Below are positions 1 to 14,008 of a DNA stretch of 64,000 nucleotides, piece by piece. The notes under the pieces are model-generated. The model worked only from the letters and a program-made list of their open reading frames with translations, had not been told where the DNA came from and did no database searches. The stretch's first letter is position 1. The number at the start of each line of letters is the position of its first letter. A program made the position numbers and the translations under genes. Origin of the DNA: the human T2T-CHM13v2.0 reference genome, Homo sapiens; the NCBI RefSeq assembly GCF_009914755.1, contig NC_060932.1, one strand, 5' to 3'.

Positions 1-863
1 ACAAGTAAATTTAATTGATTGATACTGATATAGCAGGTATGTTTGTTCTGAGTGCTGCCATATGTTAAATTTTTTGCTTTCATGTTTGCTTTATGTTCTT
101 TAACAGTCTTTCATTATGTTGTCTGTGTACTTCCCTTTGTTTTAAGTATACTTCTGATATGTGTGAAGGTGACATATTTATTCTATTGGCTATCTTTATA
201 ATTTAGTTGTTAACCTTTTGTAAACTATGTTTGTACTTCTATCAGTTTTTTTGATCTGCTTTAATGATATTACTTGATTTCCAGGAATTTTAGTAAAATA
301 ATCAACAAACATTTTCAACTTCCTAATTTCTTTTCCCCTCCTTCGCATTTTTAAAAATTTTACCAGTTCTGCTTGGCAGAGCACATAATATTAACATTCT
401 TTTTTGGTCATCCCAACCCTCAAATCTTTTCTATTATTTCCCCAGTCATATTTATTTGGCTGAAGACCACCTACTACTGTCGTCAAGAAAGATTAAATCA
501 TTTTTGTAAGTAAAAGCTGTTTGTTGCCTTTATTCCTAAAGGACAACTTGACTCAAACTTTCTTTTTCTGAGGATCTTGTAGATGGTGCTGTTAATACAT
601 GTTTTATGGTGTTAAATGCAACTGTAGAGAAATCTGATTTTCATGCTTATAAGTAATTTACTGTTTTTGCTGGACTACCTTACATATTCTTTCTTTACCA
701 TTTGAAGTTCAATAACTGTCTGGGTTGTCTACACTGGGTTAGTTTTTCCTTGCCTCCAGTGTACCTTTCAATATGTATAGTATTATTTTATTTCAAAGAC
801 TTTTGGGGAGCTTATATCTTTAAGTTGTCTTTATGTCTCTCTGTTTTTCCTTTTTAAGTACTC

Positions 864-1214
864 TGTCTTCTTCTGTTAAGGCTGCTATCACAAATTATCA
901 TAATCTAAGTGGCTTATGAACAACAGAAATTTATTTCTTACAGTTCTGGAGGCTGAGAAGTCTAAGATCAAGGTACTGGCAGATCTGTGTCTGGTGAGGG
1001 CTGCTTCCTGGTTCATAGATTCTGTCTTTTCACTGTATCCTCACGTAATGGAAGGAGCAAAGAAACCTTCGGGTTCTCTTTTATGAGGGCGGTAGTCCCA
1101 TGCTTAAAGGCTCTGCCCACATGACCTAATCACCTCCCAAAGGTCCCATCTCCTAATACCATCACCTTGGAAGTTAGGGTTTAACATAGGAATTTTAGAG
1201 GGACATAAATAGCA
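864..1214 (-). mobile_element. MaLR solo LTR, MLT1A/MLT1A0-like
   Basis: Reverse complement matches MLT1A0 ('aaggtgatggtattaggagatgggacctttgggaggtgattaggtcatg'); 'aacagaaatttatttcttacagttctggaggctg'; near-TSD tactc/cactc. Confidence 0.85.
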
Positions 1215-1423
1215 CACTCCAAATACGTTTGTTGTATCTACTTTGCCTGTCTTCTGTATCCGTCATCTAGTCTCTCATTCTTTTCAAGTCTTTATTTTCA
1301 TTTTATTTTGTTCTCCTTTTTTTAATTAGCCTTTATGTTCCTTATTCTATTTTCTGTAGCTTTTTTTTATCATTTCTGTGATTTCACGCTATTATTTCTT
1401 GAGCTCTGACAGGTTATATTTGA

Positions 1424-1761
<338 letters not shown>

Positions 1762-2127
1762 CATGATCTTTCTTTTAAAGGCAGTTGCTTCATTTATTTT
1801 ACAAAACTAATGACAAAAATTTTGGTTAGACTTTTCATTCTGTCATTGAAGAAATTCTTGTGCTCTTTGTCTGTTGGTAAGTGTTACTGCTCTTTTTTTT
1901 CTTATAGTAACCGCATATCAGTGTTGTTCCATCTCCTTTGCTAATGCTCAATACTGAATGAATTGGGTCTTCATGCCTTAGGTATATTAGCAGAGGTGTT
2001 TGTGAGGTGGGAAGATCTAGGCAGTCTTCTAAACTTCACATCTGAAAGGTGTTCTCATTAGGTGGTTCCACAGAGACAGTGTACTTGCTGCTAATATGGC
2101 CCCTTCTTCAATCTGTCTGTCTATTAT

Positions 2128-2208
2128 GAATCAATCAATCAATCAATCAATCAGTCATCTCTCTGTCCATCCATCCACCCATCCATCCATCCATCCATCC
2201 ATCCATCC
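2128..2208. repeat. Compound microsatellite (ATCA)n / (CCAT)n
   Basis: Directly visible tetranucleotide arrays. Confidence 0.9.
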
Positions 2209-2236
2209 TTCTTTCTTTTCTGCCTCTCTAGTCTAA

Positions 2237-2597
<361 letters not shown>

Positions 2598-3487
2598 ACT
2601 CCTTCTAATTTTTAACACATGGTGAGGTGTTGCATATTGGTATATTCTACTGTTATTGTAACTTCTTTTCCATGGTGGTGTATTTTTGTTGGTATTTTCT
2701 GAGAACTGTTAATGGTAAGCTACTTAACCTCACTCTTCACTTCATTTTCTCCTTAATTTATTTCCTTTTGCTTCTATCAGACCTTTGCCCTATTGACAGG
2801 ATAGTTGAGTATACCAAAAATACAATTTTAGCATTGCAGGGTGCCACACATGTTGAGAAAATATTTTTGCCAGTGTCTTTGGAAATTTGCCCTTGAAGAA
2901 CCAACTATTCTCTGTTTCTTTATAATGATTTTTCTGTACAATATCAGTTGCCTTTGGGAGACTATGTATGCTTGGAAGTGTGAACATTATATCTGTTCTA
3001 ACTTTTATGATTAAGGAGTTTATTTTTTTCCTCATTTTTTTCTTTTCTTTGTTGCTTTTGTGTAATACCCAGCAAGTGGAAGGTTATTTATTCTGATGCC
3101 TTGTTTGTACTGTAATTTGAAAACTGACATTTTGGGATAATTTTATTTATTTTATTAAGATTTTTTTTGTATTGGTGGTCATGTATGTAGTTTAAAATGA
3201 AGTGTGGATTTTTAGGCTATAAAATTAGCCAGGGTTTAGAATGGTAAGGTGGATAAAGCACATTTACTTTTTTTCCTCCATTTTTCCTTTTGAATCCTGA
3301 TGAGTATTATCTAGTTTTCATTTTTGGTAAGTTCTCCACATTCATGGACTGCTTTGTTACTATTCTGACCATAAAATGCTTGAATTTAGAGTTCTATGTG
3401 AGAAAAGTGATCCTTGTTGTGCTGTTATGACTAAGCATATTGTATACCACAGTTAGGAAATAAAAAGCACTTTGCTTCCTGAGATAA

Positions 3488-3552
3488 ATCATCTATATGC
3501 ATCTATCCATGTATCTATCAATTCATCTATCTATCTGTCTATCACCTTATCT
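3488..3552. repeat. Degenerate (TCTA)n simple repeat
   Basis: atctatctatctgtctatc-type units. Confidence 0.7.
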
Positions 3553-5955
3553 AGTACTATTCCCTCAAATTAAGGAAGGCTTGAGCTCTTTCTTATAAGT
3601 TGCTAACTCTCTCATTGAAATAATTCATTCCCTGAATTTTGCAAAACTGACATCCATAAATTTGTGATGACCCTTGAAGATATGATTAAAAAATGAAGAA
3701 ACTGTTCTACCATGAATAGGCTAATTGTAACTTTAGTAGCCTTGTGATTTTTTTTTCTCTAAATACCCGCTGTGTCCATTTGTCAAAGATCCTTGCAAAT
3801 ATTTAAATTTTGCATATAAAAAATACCTTTCAAAGAATATTTTTATGTCTGCATTTTTCTTTTACCAGTGACATTTCGCTGATCATAGAAATGAAACCCA
3901 GAGTTATTGCTATATTTATGAAAGGATGAATGTATAATTGATTAAGGAGATCTATTTAATATAAAGCTTATAATTAGGGTCATGATAAAGTCTTGAATTG
4001 TAAATATATGTTGTATTTATTGAATAGAATGCAATTAGAGAATACAAACCTATAAAATATGTAATATTAGAGGTGGAAACAAGACAAAGTTTCTTTGACA
4101 AAAAGGTGCATGTACATAGATTTAGGTCAGAGATTGACTAATGCTTAAAAATAAAGAAAAAATGAATCAATTTAATTGAGATAAATGATCCATGATTAGG
4201 ATAAGAGAAAGTCTAGCTATTCAATTCAGAGTTCACTTGAATGCATGGGCTGCTGTCAAGTTTTTAATAAAAGTACAGAGCAGCTTCCTAACAGAGGTAT
4301 GAATAATAAGTTTATATGTCTCTGAAACAATGTTAATATAATTGAATCAAAGAAATAATTAAATGTATAATAGTCTTCTATTTAAATTTGTTCTTAACAG
4401 TGCAATTTCTTATTTAAATTCTGTATTATGAATTTAATTATTTTTGTCAAGATTTTAAAAAATCATTATTATAACCAGTTGGCACCATAATTACTTTTAG
4501 GGAAGGAACTGTGTTGGGTGCGGGGAGCAAAACTTGGTAAGTCACTTGGGATTAAAGGTGTGGGACTTTGAGGATAGAGCCTCCGTAACAGGATAAGTTA
4601 TTCTACATGAGAAAATGGGAAGTGTTTATTTTGAACTACTATATGGATTGGGATTGGAGGCTGAAGGCAGTCTTCTAGGTATCAAAGGGCAGGGAGGTTT
4701 TACCTGACATATGAATTATTGTTTCATGTAAATATAGTTGAAAGTCATATATATTTAGAATTTTAAATACATAGTTTCAAGACAGTGCTTTTAATTTTTT
4801 AAGAAAATATGTGTCATTTATTTTTTCCAAAGCTAGTGGAAGTTTCTTTGTGTCCTAATAGCAATTGCGTGAATGAAATCGACATGAATAATACTTCCAG
4901 TTAGATTTTCATAAACTGACAGATAGTTTCATAAATACCCAATATGTAATGATAGTCAGAGGGAGAAGCTATATTAAGTGTGTATTTCAGGAGAGATTGT
5001 CCTCTGGGGCATATACTAGCATCAGGCAGCTGCTTTATGGAACCACCCACCAATTCCCTTGGGTTGTTGTTATTATTGTTTGTTTTTTGTATTTTGTTTA
5101 GTTTCTAGGGAACATAATTTTCTTTGTGTTTCTTTTTGCATGATGCTGACCAAGTCATGTTCATAAATCACATATGTTGATATCTACAGTGCTTTCATTG
5201 GCCTTCCAACTCGAGCATGGCAAAATATGCTTATTTTCCTTCAGAAGCGCATCTTTGTGTTAACTAGGCATTAACAATATGTGCTTAATAGCAATTATCT
5301 TATTTCTAAGGATCTCAGAGTTGGTTTGGCACATTGCCTCAGTGCTCTTCAAACATTATCAGAGAAGGACAACATAAACAATAAGATTTACACTGTAAAA
5401 TTAGCCTCCACTTACAAATTCTTTTATCAGCCAATCCTTATCTTAATAACATATATTACCTTTTATTAAAGTAAATATGTCCCTCAGCTCTAGCTTTTTT
5501 CTCTGTATTTTTATGTACATTTATGGAGTTTTACTGAAATATTTAGAAGACTACTGTCTAAATACGGTTCTAATTTTTAAAATGCATAATCTTTAGGGTA
5601 AAGTCTTGGAGAGTGGCAAGTTTAATCAAACAGTAACGCTATCAGAGATAAAGATCATAACTCGCATTAAATTCTATAATTTAAAATAAACTATGTCTGG
5701 TATGTATTCAGAAAATGTCAGAGCTAGAACATTTAGTTCAGTCTCTATTTCATGGGTTAAAGAAAAGAAAGCTTAGAACAGTGAAAATACTTCCTCAAGG
5801 TAATACTTACAGTTCATGGCTGAAGTGGTAATAAAAGTCACAACCAACTTTTTCCTCTCTGCTTTCTTTTCTTTCTGTTCTGTCATTTTAAGTTTCTTAA
5901 AGGAAAAGCTTAGAGAAAATTAAGTATTGATGATAGAGCAGATACAGGATTTTCA

Positions 5956-6279
<324 letters not shown>

Positions 6280-6823
6280 TTAACATGGGGGCCTGGGTGA
6301 GAAGAGAAAATTTATTTATAGGAGGACATGTAGGAAGGGCACTGAAGATTACTGTTTACCATTTTGAATTGTCCCTGCTCCAGTCTTACAAAGTGGGACA
6401 TGCATTGTGTTTCTTGGGCATACTCACTTCCCTAAGAATAAGCTGTATCATCCAATGCTATTTGCACAGAACTCACGGCTTTATATTTACTGTCCTAAAA
6501 TAAGTGATTTACAATCTTTTAAACTTTAAAACAGTAAATTTGATTTTCAGCGATGCCTTTTTTTTTGTCATTTTAAGGCCCCCTCCAAAGTGTTGTAACC
6601 TAGCTGAATGAAAAATAAGTGGCATTTTTGTTGTTATTGTTGGTGATGATACTTTTCATGGCAATCTTTGAGATACCTAGGAATATTCCAAGTTTTTGAA
6701 AAATCATGGTTGGGAATTACCACTCTGGAAACAGATTGCCATGGTTACTGTGTTAATGCTGTGATTAATGCGTCTTTTAGTCTTGTATGTGTGTGTAGAT
6801 GTAGACATAATTCTATATTCTAG

Positions 6824-7058
6824 TTTGGTTAACATGTTTGATCTTTTTCTATCAGTCAGAGACATAAAAATGTCTTGACTCTCTTAAAAACAAGACTGTT
6901 CCCATTTTTTAACCTAATGGATATTTGTTGCTGAGGATCATTTTTTTGTAAGGAGTGAAATACCCAGAAAACTAAAGTGGTCTAGAAGATAACTGCTAGT
7001 TCTACATTTTTTTTTTTGTCTGAAGTTGTGTTTGAATTTACTTCCTTTCATCACTTAG
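6824..7058 (+). repeat. Copy 1 of a diverged local direct duplication
   Basis: Aligns by eye to 8069-8276 (ctatcagtcagagacataaaaatgtctt / ctatcagccagagaaataaaaatgtctt; tagaagataactgctagttctacattt / tagaaggtaactgctaattctacattt). Confidence 0.85.
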
Positions 7059-7754
7059 TATTAAAAGAACAGTGTGTCAATTATAGATAAGAATTCTACA
7101 TCCCCTGTCTTTCCCTAAGTACCTGCTTCGAAAAATGGGTGCAACTAGACTCAGTAGCTAGATGTGGTATGTGGAATGTGGATTCGTTCGTATCAGGCAT
7201 GCTTCTTATAGGAATCCTTTAATGCACTCAGTCACCCAGAGCAGTCAAAGGCCTAAGCTGCTTCATACTTTATAGCAGGGCACAGTCACTTCCATAAATA
7301 CTGTGCACTCCCAAGTAAATCCAGAATGTTTGCAACAGGATTTGTGTACCATCCCCAATTCTCTGTTTTCTTCAATAAAGTCTTTGTACACAATTGTTTG
7401 ATTGTTTTTATCTCTTGACACTCACAAATAATGCCACTGGAGAAATAAACCTAAGACATATCCAACTGGATCACTTTATATACAGAGATATAACATTTCA
7501 ACAACAGAAGCCTTTCTTGTTGAGGGGATGCACATTTGGAATACTCTCAAATGATTATTCGAAATCAAGAAAAAGAGCCAATGAGAAACAGCAAAACACA
7601 AATATCTCTAATAAGGAAAAATATTTCTGCAATGAGATTTTTCTTAGATATATATGTGATGATTAAGAGCATTTGTTTATATTGTAGGTTCTTGTCCTAA
7701 ACTTACAATAGTAAGTGTAGACAACACTAATTGTTATGGTAAAAGGTGCTACAT

Positions 7755-7795
7755 GTGTGTATGTATGTATATGTGTATGTATATGTATACATATA
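7755..7795. repeat. (TATG/TA)n microsatellite
   Basis: Directly visible. Confidence 0.8.
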
Positions 7796-8068
7796 TTATT
7801 TGGATATTCCAGTCAGTGGTACTTACTGCCCTTGGTTAATGCATAATTGTCTTGAGAAAATGATTATATGTATCAGTGTGATCTGGCTAAAACAACTCTC
7901 TCCAACTGATCACCTGATTTTGTTTCATTTCCCCGGGTAATCTGGTAGGTGGCCATTTCTTTTCTTTCTAGTCTATGTTCCCTCCTAAAGATAAAACTTG
8001 GTCAAACATCTATTTATGGTAACCTGTCTTTAAGATAGTTTCAGGCATACCTTCTTCCTTTAATCTCA

Positions 8069-8276
8069 TTTGGTTGATATGTTAGATCCTTTCCTATCAG
8101 CCAGAGAAATAAAAATGTCTTCAGTGTCTTAAACAAAATTGTTTACATTCTTTAATTAAATGGTCATTTTAAGGAGAGAAATGCTCAGAAAATTAAACTG
8201 AGTATAGAAGGTAACTGCTAATTCTACATTTCTTTTCTGAAATTGTGTCTTCATTTGTTTTTTAAAAATCATTTAG
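8069..8276 (+). repeat. Copy 2 of a diverged local direct duplication
   Basis: Collinear with 6824-7058, offset about 1245 bp, with a roughly 20-nt indel. Confidence 0.85.
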
Positions 8277-9148
8277 AAGCTGTGTAGCCCACAGAGAAGT
8301 TCTCAAGTTTGTGGAAAAGAAATAATTAAGTCCCGAAGTTAGGGGTAGAAGAGAATGGAGCTTTGTTGGTCAATTCTGACATCTTAGAACACCTCAGTAA
8401 TGTGGTTCTTTGAAAGCATCAAATCGCTGCGGTTACTTTAGAAAGGTCATTTTTAGAATGCTTATACTACTTTTCCCCCATTTTGAAGGTCAACTGGGGT
8501 TTATTTTAAGTTAGTATTGATGTAAAAGATGGCACACCCTCTTCTGGGGCATAAATGCTTGAGGATGAGCCATAGTCATGCATGACATGTGTCAAGATAA
8601 GAAATGGAAATTTATCTGCAGAGACTACCATATGATGTATGTGTAAATTTTCAGTCCCTGGGATTATGATTTTTTTTTTTAGTGAAGACAAATGTTTTTT
8701 GTTAGTTAGATCCTGATTTTTGGCATGATTTAGTAGGAGAAAGAAGGTTTTAGTTTAGACATAGCTTTTCTTACATCTTGTGTAAAATTGTCAGTTATAG
8801 GGAGGGTAAACACTGCACTCTGGAAAGGCCTTCTGGAATGTCCTTATTTCTGTGTGAGTGTGATGGAAAAAAATAACTTTTAAAAAAATACATGTTTAAT
8901 GAAAGATATTTCCAGGTTATTCCTTCTGGATTTTAATTTAACGCTTGTTTGTATCTCTATGATAGCATGTATGAAAATGTATTTTAATGATTTAATTATC
9001 TCCCCATATTAGATGATCTTGCTATCTTTATCATATGCCCTGTTTATTTTTCTATTCCTGGTGATAGGTGGAGTGACTGATACATTGCAGGTACATAATA
9101 TACATTTTTGAGTAGATATGTGTATGATTAATTGACATTTTGCAAGCC

Positions 9149-9440
9149 TTTTTTTCCAACTTTTAAGTTCTGGGGTACATGTGCAGGATGTGCAGGTTTG
9201 TTACATACGTAAACATGTGTCACGGTAGATTGCTGCACAGATCATCCCATCACCTAGGTGTTAAGCCCAGCATCCATTAGCTATTCTTCCTGATGCTCTC
9301 CCTCCCACCCCTCAACAGTGTGTGTTGTTTTGACAGACCCCAGTATGTGTTGTTCCCACCACGTGTCCATGTGTTCTCATCATTCATCTCCCACTTATGA
9401 GTGAGAACATGCAATATTTGGTTTTCTGTTCCTGCATTAG
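9149..9440 (-). mobile_element. 5'-truncated L1PA 3'UTR (older L1PA10-13-like)
   Basis: 'ggggtacatgtgcaggatgtgcaggtttgttacat', 'cacagatcatcccatcacctagg'; imperfect TSD gcaagccttttt / gcaaaccgttttt. Confidence 0.9.
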
Positions 9441-10329
9441 GCAAACCGTTTTTTTGTTTGTTTGTTTGTTTTTGTTTTTGTTTTTAAAGAAAAAAGAAAG
9501 ACATGCTATGAAATGGCCTTGGACCTAATTCAAGAAACGAAAGAAAGTCAGAGATCAAGGAAGAAAGGAACAATGCAGAGTTTATGGAAGTTAGATGTTA
9601 AGATGACAGCTGAGTATGCTTCTTTTCTCCTCACCCTTGTTTAGCCAGGTGCTTACTTGACAATTTGTAAATTAAATTATTCCTTGAACAATATTTTGCA
9701 CAGGAGTAAAGGAATGCTTCATGGATAAACAGAGGCAATACCTGGAGCTAATCTTTGTGGATAAATGTGTTTATTTTGATTCCTGAAGCTGGGATGCAGA
9801 ACTGATAGAGGGAAGCCAGGGGGTTTTCTCTGCTCCACCAAATAAATCACATATGACTAGAAATTGCAACCAGACAGCAATCTGTGAAGCAAGTGATAGG
9901 AGCTCCACCGTCTGGTGCCTGCTGTGGATGTCTGGCACCCATTGGTACCAGATTTGGTGTAAGTGGGGCTTCTGTTTAGGAAACTTTGCCAATTTTTTTT
10001 TCTTGAAAAGTGGATTTTGGCTTTGTTTCTGCATTCTTATATGGGAATAAAAAAATCTCATAATTGCAAATGTGTTTATTATGCCCCAAACATTAGATCT
10101 AGGCTATTCTTTCCATAGGATATTGTAATCCTGTGTGGGTACATTTGCTGCTGCATTAGACACAGTAAAGTTGTATTAATGTTTTTCATTCTGCTAGCTT
10201 TTAGAACTAAGATAGGCATAATTCCTAATTTATCTGTGCTCCCCCTTATGCATACATTTAGGTAGTCAAACCTTGAGAGTTTCTATAGAATATTTTTAAA
10301 ACTTACCTTTGGTCTGTCTTATCCTTGGA

Positions 10330-11346
10330 AATGTTTTCACGTTTGAGAGCATCACCTCCTATCAGATCATTCTGTTCCTTGACCCTCTCCCTCTGACAAA
10401 TTTCACATCTTTCTTCGCAGGAAAAAAGAAGCTAAGGCTATATCATGGCTTTCTTCACTCCTCTTCATTCTGATATGAACATTTGAAGCAAGCATTGATT
10501 TTTTTCTTCCTTCTTCTTACTTTTGCCAGAACCCATGATGCTGTTTATTCTGGTGGGGTGTGTGTGAAACGCATGTTGCAGTTCCATCTCTCTTGACCTT
10601 TTCTTTGTTTGCTATGTATATTGCATCTCCTCAGTTGTCCAGGTTATCGCAAGAAATTGTGCTGGATTTCTACTCGCTCACCTTCTATTTCTTACTAAAT
10701 ATTCCTTGTTGTATCATAATCCCTCTCACCAGAATTCCTCCTGTGTGAACTCATAGATTACAATCTACATTGCTGCAAGAGACTACCAAATTTTCCATCT
10801 TTCTCAGGTTTCTGCACCTTCACTCACTCTTATATCTTTCCAAACTTTCCTTTCCATCTTTCTTAATGTCAAACCTGATTAGTCATTCTCCTGCTTAAAA
10901 TCTTCCACCGAGTTCTCAGGGCTTTCAGGTTGAAGTTCAAGCTCATTAGTGTGACATACAAGGCTCTTAGGACCTGGTAGTCTCAGCCCCTGGCTACTTC
11001 CCTAAAACACTGCCCACTCAGACCAGATCTAACTAGTTTTAGTTCCCTATATCATGGTATACTACTGCGATTTTCCATGTGCGCTTACTTTACTCCCAGG
11101 TCTCTCTATCCTCTTCCTCTTCATGTAACTAATTTCTTCCTGGCTCTTTGACACTGGGCATCAGTGTCATGTCCCCAGTGTCTAATGTGATGTCTTTCAT
11201 CTGTTCTCTTATAGGCTTGGATGCATCTCCTTCCTGTCATCTTACTAGTATTATTGTTCACTGTCCTTCCACGGTGGCACAGAGTCCCCAGGGTATATCA
11301 TAGTATTGTTTGCAAAGGTCTACTAAGAGTAAATGAGTAAATGAAT
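10330..11346 (+). mobile_element. LINE-2 fragment
   Basis: L2 3' motifs 'tcattctcctgcttaaaatcttcca', 'acaaggctct', ending 'taaatgagtaaatgaat'. Confidence 0.7.
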
Positions 11347-12279
11347 CTAATAATTTTTTATTGCTTTAAGTGCTCTGTATTTTAATTCACTGCCTATCAA
11401 GCCTTGCTCTCTTTGAATTATATTTATGTCTAAATGTTCATGATAGCATCAGATTGAATTAATTGTAGCCTTATATATTGACTCTCAAACATGACCAAGA
11501 CTGTTATTGTTGACTCTATATTCAGACAAATAACCAGACACATAGAGTAAAAGAGTTAACCCATAGTCTGTATGACCTAATGAAAAGAGCTTAGACAAGA
11601 ACCAAGGAGCAACAGTCTCAAATGTCAGATGCCTTTGCCATATTACTCCCATTTCTTTTTTTATAGTTAAAAATGTTAAATTTTAAAGGTTAATGTGATG
11701 CTGCTAAGCCCTCTGTAGGGTGATTGATCAGCTTAAATGTAAACTATTTTGGTGACCATGATATATAAAGTCATAGTGTTGAAAAAATTCAACAATAGTT
11801 AGAATCATTTTAAGAAAACAACATTGATATATGAAAATATTCACAATTGAGAAATCTTATATTGATGAACTTAGAGATTATACATTTTGGTCTTGAGGCA
11901 GAACTCATCTTAGTAAAACTGCTTAAGAACTTAATCTTGATCTTATAAAATAAATAAAGATGGTATTTTGTATTTTAAACTATTGAGTATGATTTCTTGC
12001 TGGGATCTATCACTATGAAAAGTGATTATTGGTTTAGAGTGGTGTTCTCGTTATTTTGGGTTTTGAAGGAGCACAGTTCATCCTGTTGGTCTGTGTTAAC
12101 CAGGGGTAGGTAAAGAGGACAGAGGACACCTAGCAATGGCTCAGGTATTATCAGTGAGCAGGGTGAGAAAATCCTTGTGTACCAAGAGGAATTTTGTCAT
12201 GGATTTGCAGAACTTTCAAAAACAAGAAACATTATTTCCACTTTTCGTGTGATTCCTCTCACTTTTTAACCTCTTTTCT

Positions 12280-12449
12280 CTTTTCCTTCTTTTCGAGATG
12301 GAGTCTTATTATGTTGTCCAGGCTGGAGTATATTGGCTATTCACAGGCATGATCATTACACGCTACAGCCTCTGAACTCCTGGCTCAAGTCATCTTCCCA
12401 TCTCAGTCTTGAGTAACTGGGACTATAGATGTGTGCTGTGGTGCCTGGC
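12280..12449 (-). mobile_element. FAM (fossil Alu monomer, 7SL-derived)
   Basis: Single monomer retaining 7SL-type 'tggctattcacaggc' (rc gcctgtgaatagcca), which dimeric Alus lack. Confidence 0.8.
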
Positions 12450-13679
12450 AGAGCCTCTTCTTTAACTGTAATAGACCTGCTTATCATGCATGAAATGATC
12501 TACAAACACAAAGTACCCTATCATCATTATCTCTTTGGAGTACTATGTCCTTTAAATGTATTTTCTTACTGTAACTAACTACCTAGGCTGGAGGTCCTAT
12601 CTCTAATTTAGAAATGAAGAAAGTGAGACCTACTTGGATTGAGTGAGCATTCGAAGTACATTCAGAAGTGGAAATTATTTTTAAAAGTTAAATGGCTTCT
12701 AGAGGTCATGTAGTCTCTTTTGTCATATAGTGGAGAAAACAGAGAAGTTCAAGATTTCCCCAAACGTTCTTAGTTACTGGCAAACAGGAGCTAAATGTCA
12801 TTCTTCCCGGATTTTAGTCAGTATTTGCTTGGTCACTTTTCTTAGTAGAGCTTTTTCTTCTCCTTGCATTCATAAACACTTAATAAAAGTGAATTGATAA
12901 TGATCATATATATTATATAATTAGGTAATATTAGCCGGGCATGGTGGTTCATGACTGTCATACCAGTTTCATATATTAGAAGAAAAGTACAAATTGTGTA
13001 GCTACTCAAGTGCAAAATGTAGAGAGAAAACCTAGAGAAGACATGAAACTCTCTCCTTGACTAATATCTTCAGGCTGGGGATACTATGAACAATGGTGTG
13101 TTCAGAAAGAATGAACAAAATTGCTGTAGTAACTCAATTTCAGAAGAGTTTGACCCTGTCAGAATCATCTACTGTATTTGCATGAGAAATATGAAAGGAG
13201 TCCAAGGGAAAGATGATGTGTTCAGTGTTCTTTTCCACTGCATTGGAGCACCTGAGGAGCTGAAGAGAGAAACTTGTGTTTCTTCTTTGAGTGGCAAGTG
13301 TGTTAGTTAATATCATCAGGCAGAACATGCTTTCCAAGAGTTTAGTTTGCTCCTTCACAAACTAAAATACTCTGAAGTGCCTGATTTTATGCAAATTACT
13401 TTTGGTTGTTGTATTGAGAAATGAAAGGATGCCAACATTTTTTTTTATAAACCAAATACTAATTAGCATTACCAAATTTATCTGTTGAGATACACCACTT
13501 ATTTGTAAGAGAAGCTCTTTGACAAAATGAAAGAATATGAATAAATTCTTCACACTGGCTATATGAGACCTTGGAATGTCATTTTCTTTTTTTTCTGTAG
13601 AATTTGTGTAATACCCTCCACTTTGTTGGACTGAATGAGATGCATACAAAACAACCTTGTAAATTACAGCATTCTAGGT

Positions 13680-14008
13680 CAGAGGCTAGAAATATTTTCT
13701 GTAAAAGGCAAGAGAGAAATATTTTATGCTTTTGTGAACCATAGGTCTCTGTTGCATCTACTCAACTCTGCCATTGTAGTGTGAAAGCATCCATAGATAG
13801 TACATAAACAAATGAGGGCTGCTCTGTTCCAATAAAACTTTATTTATAGATACAGAAATTTGAATTTCATGTAATCTTCACCTATTGTGAAATGTTATTT
13901 TTCTCTTGATTTTTGTAACCATTTCAAAATATAAAAAATGACTCTTAGCCCACAGGCTGTATAAAAACATGTAGATTTGGTCCAAGGTCTGCAATTCACT
14001 AGCCTTTC
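13680..14008 (+). mobile_element. MER58B-like hAT-Charlie MITE
   Basis: 'ttttctgtaaaaggc...tactcaactctgccattgtagtgtgaaagca...gttccaataaaactttattta'; about 330 bp. Confidence 0.85.

Noticed and set aside
8575-8586. 12-bp palindrome gtcatgcatgac and similar 6-7 bp stems (about 28570 and 54422)
   Set aside because: Expected by chance in 64 kb
9789-9965. Plus-strand exon-like segment and CTCF-like motif
   Set aside because: Weak acceptor; the motif departs from the CTCF core at key positions
10300-10420. Minus-strand exon-like segment with donor AAG|gtaagt
   Set aside because: Overlaps L2-derived sequence, has a weak GAAG acceptor and no partner exons on that strand
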